From positions 1-24,130 of IMG/VR virus record IMGVR_UViG_3300044723_008815: a DNA stretch of 24,130 nt; one strand, 5' to 3'. A program made the position numbers and the translations under genes. This document shows, piece after piece, positions 23,626 through 24,130 of the stretch. Source of the stretch: a virus. Lineage: Duplodnaviria > Caudoviricetes. Position 1 is the first letter of the stretch, and every line of letters starts with the position of its first letter. A model generated the notes under the pieces. That model was not told the origin of the DNA. It did not search any database and worked only from the letters and a program-made list of their open reading frames with translations.

Positions 23626-24048
23626 TTAATCCTTTAATAGATTAGGAAATGCCTCCTCTACCATAGGACGAGTAATATGCTTTGGTGGTGTTTTATTGAT
23701 CATGTCAATTACAACCTTAGCATCTTCTGGATGTACAGCTTCGAGCAAGCCAATGAACATTGATTCACGTCTTACTGTACTCAGATTCTCCGAAGCTTTG
23801 AAACCTCGGATGAAATATTTAAACTTTACATTTTCTCGTTTGAGATCTGTTGGATGGTTATGTCCTTCAGATGCTTGATAAGGTGGAGCACCGGGTGGTA
23901 GGTTCCATTCAAGTGATGTATCAAATGTTCCTCTGAGTACGTCTCTGAGTGCCCAGCTATCATTATCAACTAATACTTTAATCTTATCAGCCTTATGACG
24001 TTTTTTAGAAGCTTCTTGTAAAACTTCGTAGATATACTTGTTAGCCAT
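23626..24048 (-). CDS. Conserved T4-like hypothetical protein downstream of rnh (DUF6433-like)
   Basis: YIYEVL, K.KVL..ND..ALRDVL, WNLPPGAPPY, RRESMFIGLLEAVHP.DA, VEEAFP.LL. GGAGG RBS before 24048. Confidence 0.75.
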   Translation of the reverse strand: MANKYIYEVLQEASKKRHKADKIKVLVDNDSWALRDVLRGTFDTSLEWNLPPGAPPYQASEGHNHPTDLKRENVKFKYFIRGFKASENLSTVRRESMFIGLLEAVHPEDAKVVIDMINKTPPKHITRPMVEEAFPNLLKD

Positions 24049-24130
24049 TAACAAATTCCTCCGCGGATTCAATCAACATTTTCATGTTATTATTTATAAG
24101 ATATGGAAGTATCTTACCTTCGTTTTTAAC
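24041..24130 (-). CDS. rnh: RNase H (T4 rnh, 5'-3' exonuclease), C-terminal end (5' truncated by window)
   Basis: Manual translation VKNEGKILPYLINNNMKMLIESAEEFVNG*, resembling the rnh C-terminus (GK..Y......L.....EF). Only 29 aa are visible. Confidence 0.6.
   Translation of the reverse strand, partial: VKNEGKILPYLINNNMKMLIESAEEFVNG
24091..24098 (-). promoter_or_regulatory. T4-type late promoter TATAAATA
   Basis: Exact TATAAATA about 43 nt upstream of the 24048 start. Confidence 0.6.

Overview
This is a segment of a T4-like (myovirus) phage genome, AT-rich and probably from an uncultured aquatic lineage (the habitat is inference). The left end holds + strand baseplate genes (gp51 C-terminus and a gp29-like protein) converging on gp32 (SSB) and gp33. 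The right end holds the RNase H C-terminus. The ~21 kb between rnh and gp33 is a - strand accessory region. It contains small early genes behind a repeated early-promoter/RBS module, a tRNA-Arg/tRNA-Gly locus flanked by structured non-coding segments, a 13-gene fully overlapping glycosyl/methyl-transferase operon downstream of a late promoter, a 5'-nucleotidase, a PD-(D/E)XK exonuclease and a DenV-like protein. Three observations stand out. (1) A 431-bp foreign segment sits between two exact 59-bp copies of the exonuclease 5' end, creating a chimeric ParB/Srx-like gene while leaving the exonuclease intact. (2) A 13-bp hairpin has a loop that is the exact antisense of the early-gene ribosome-binding sites, a candidate trans-acting shut-off sRNA. 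(3) Two further candidate ncRNAs flank the tRNAs. All calls come from reading the sequence; no searches were run.
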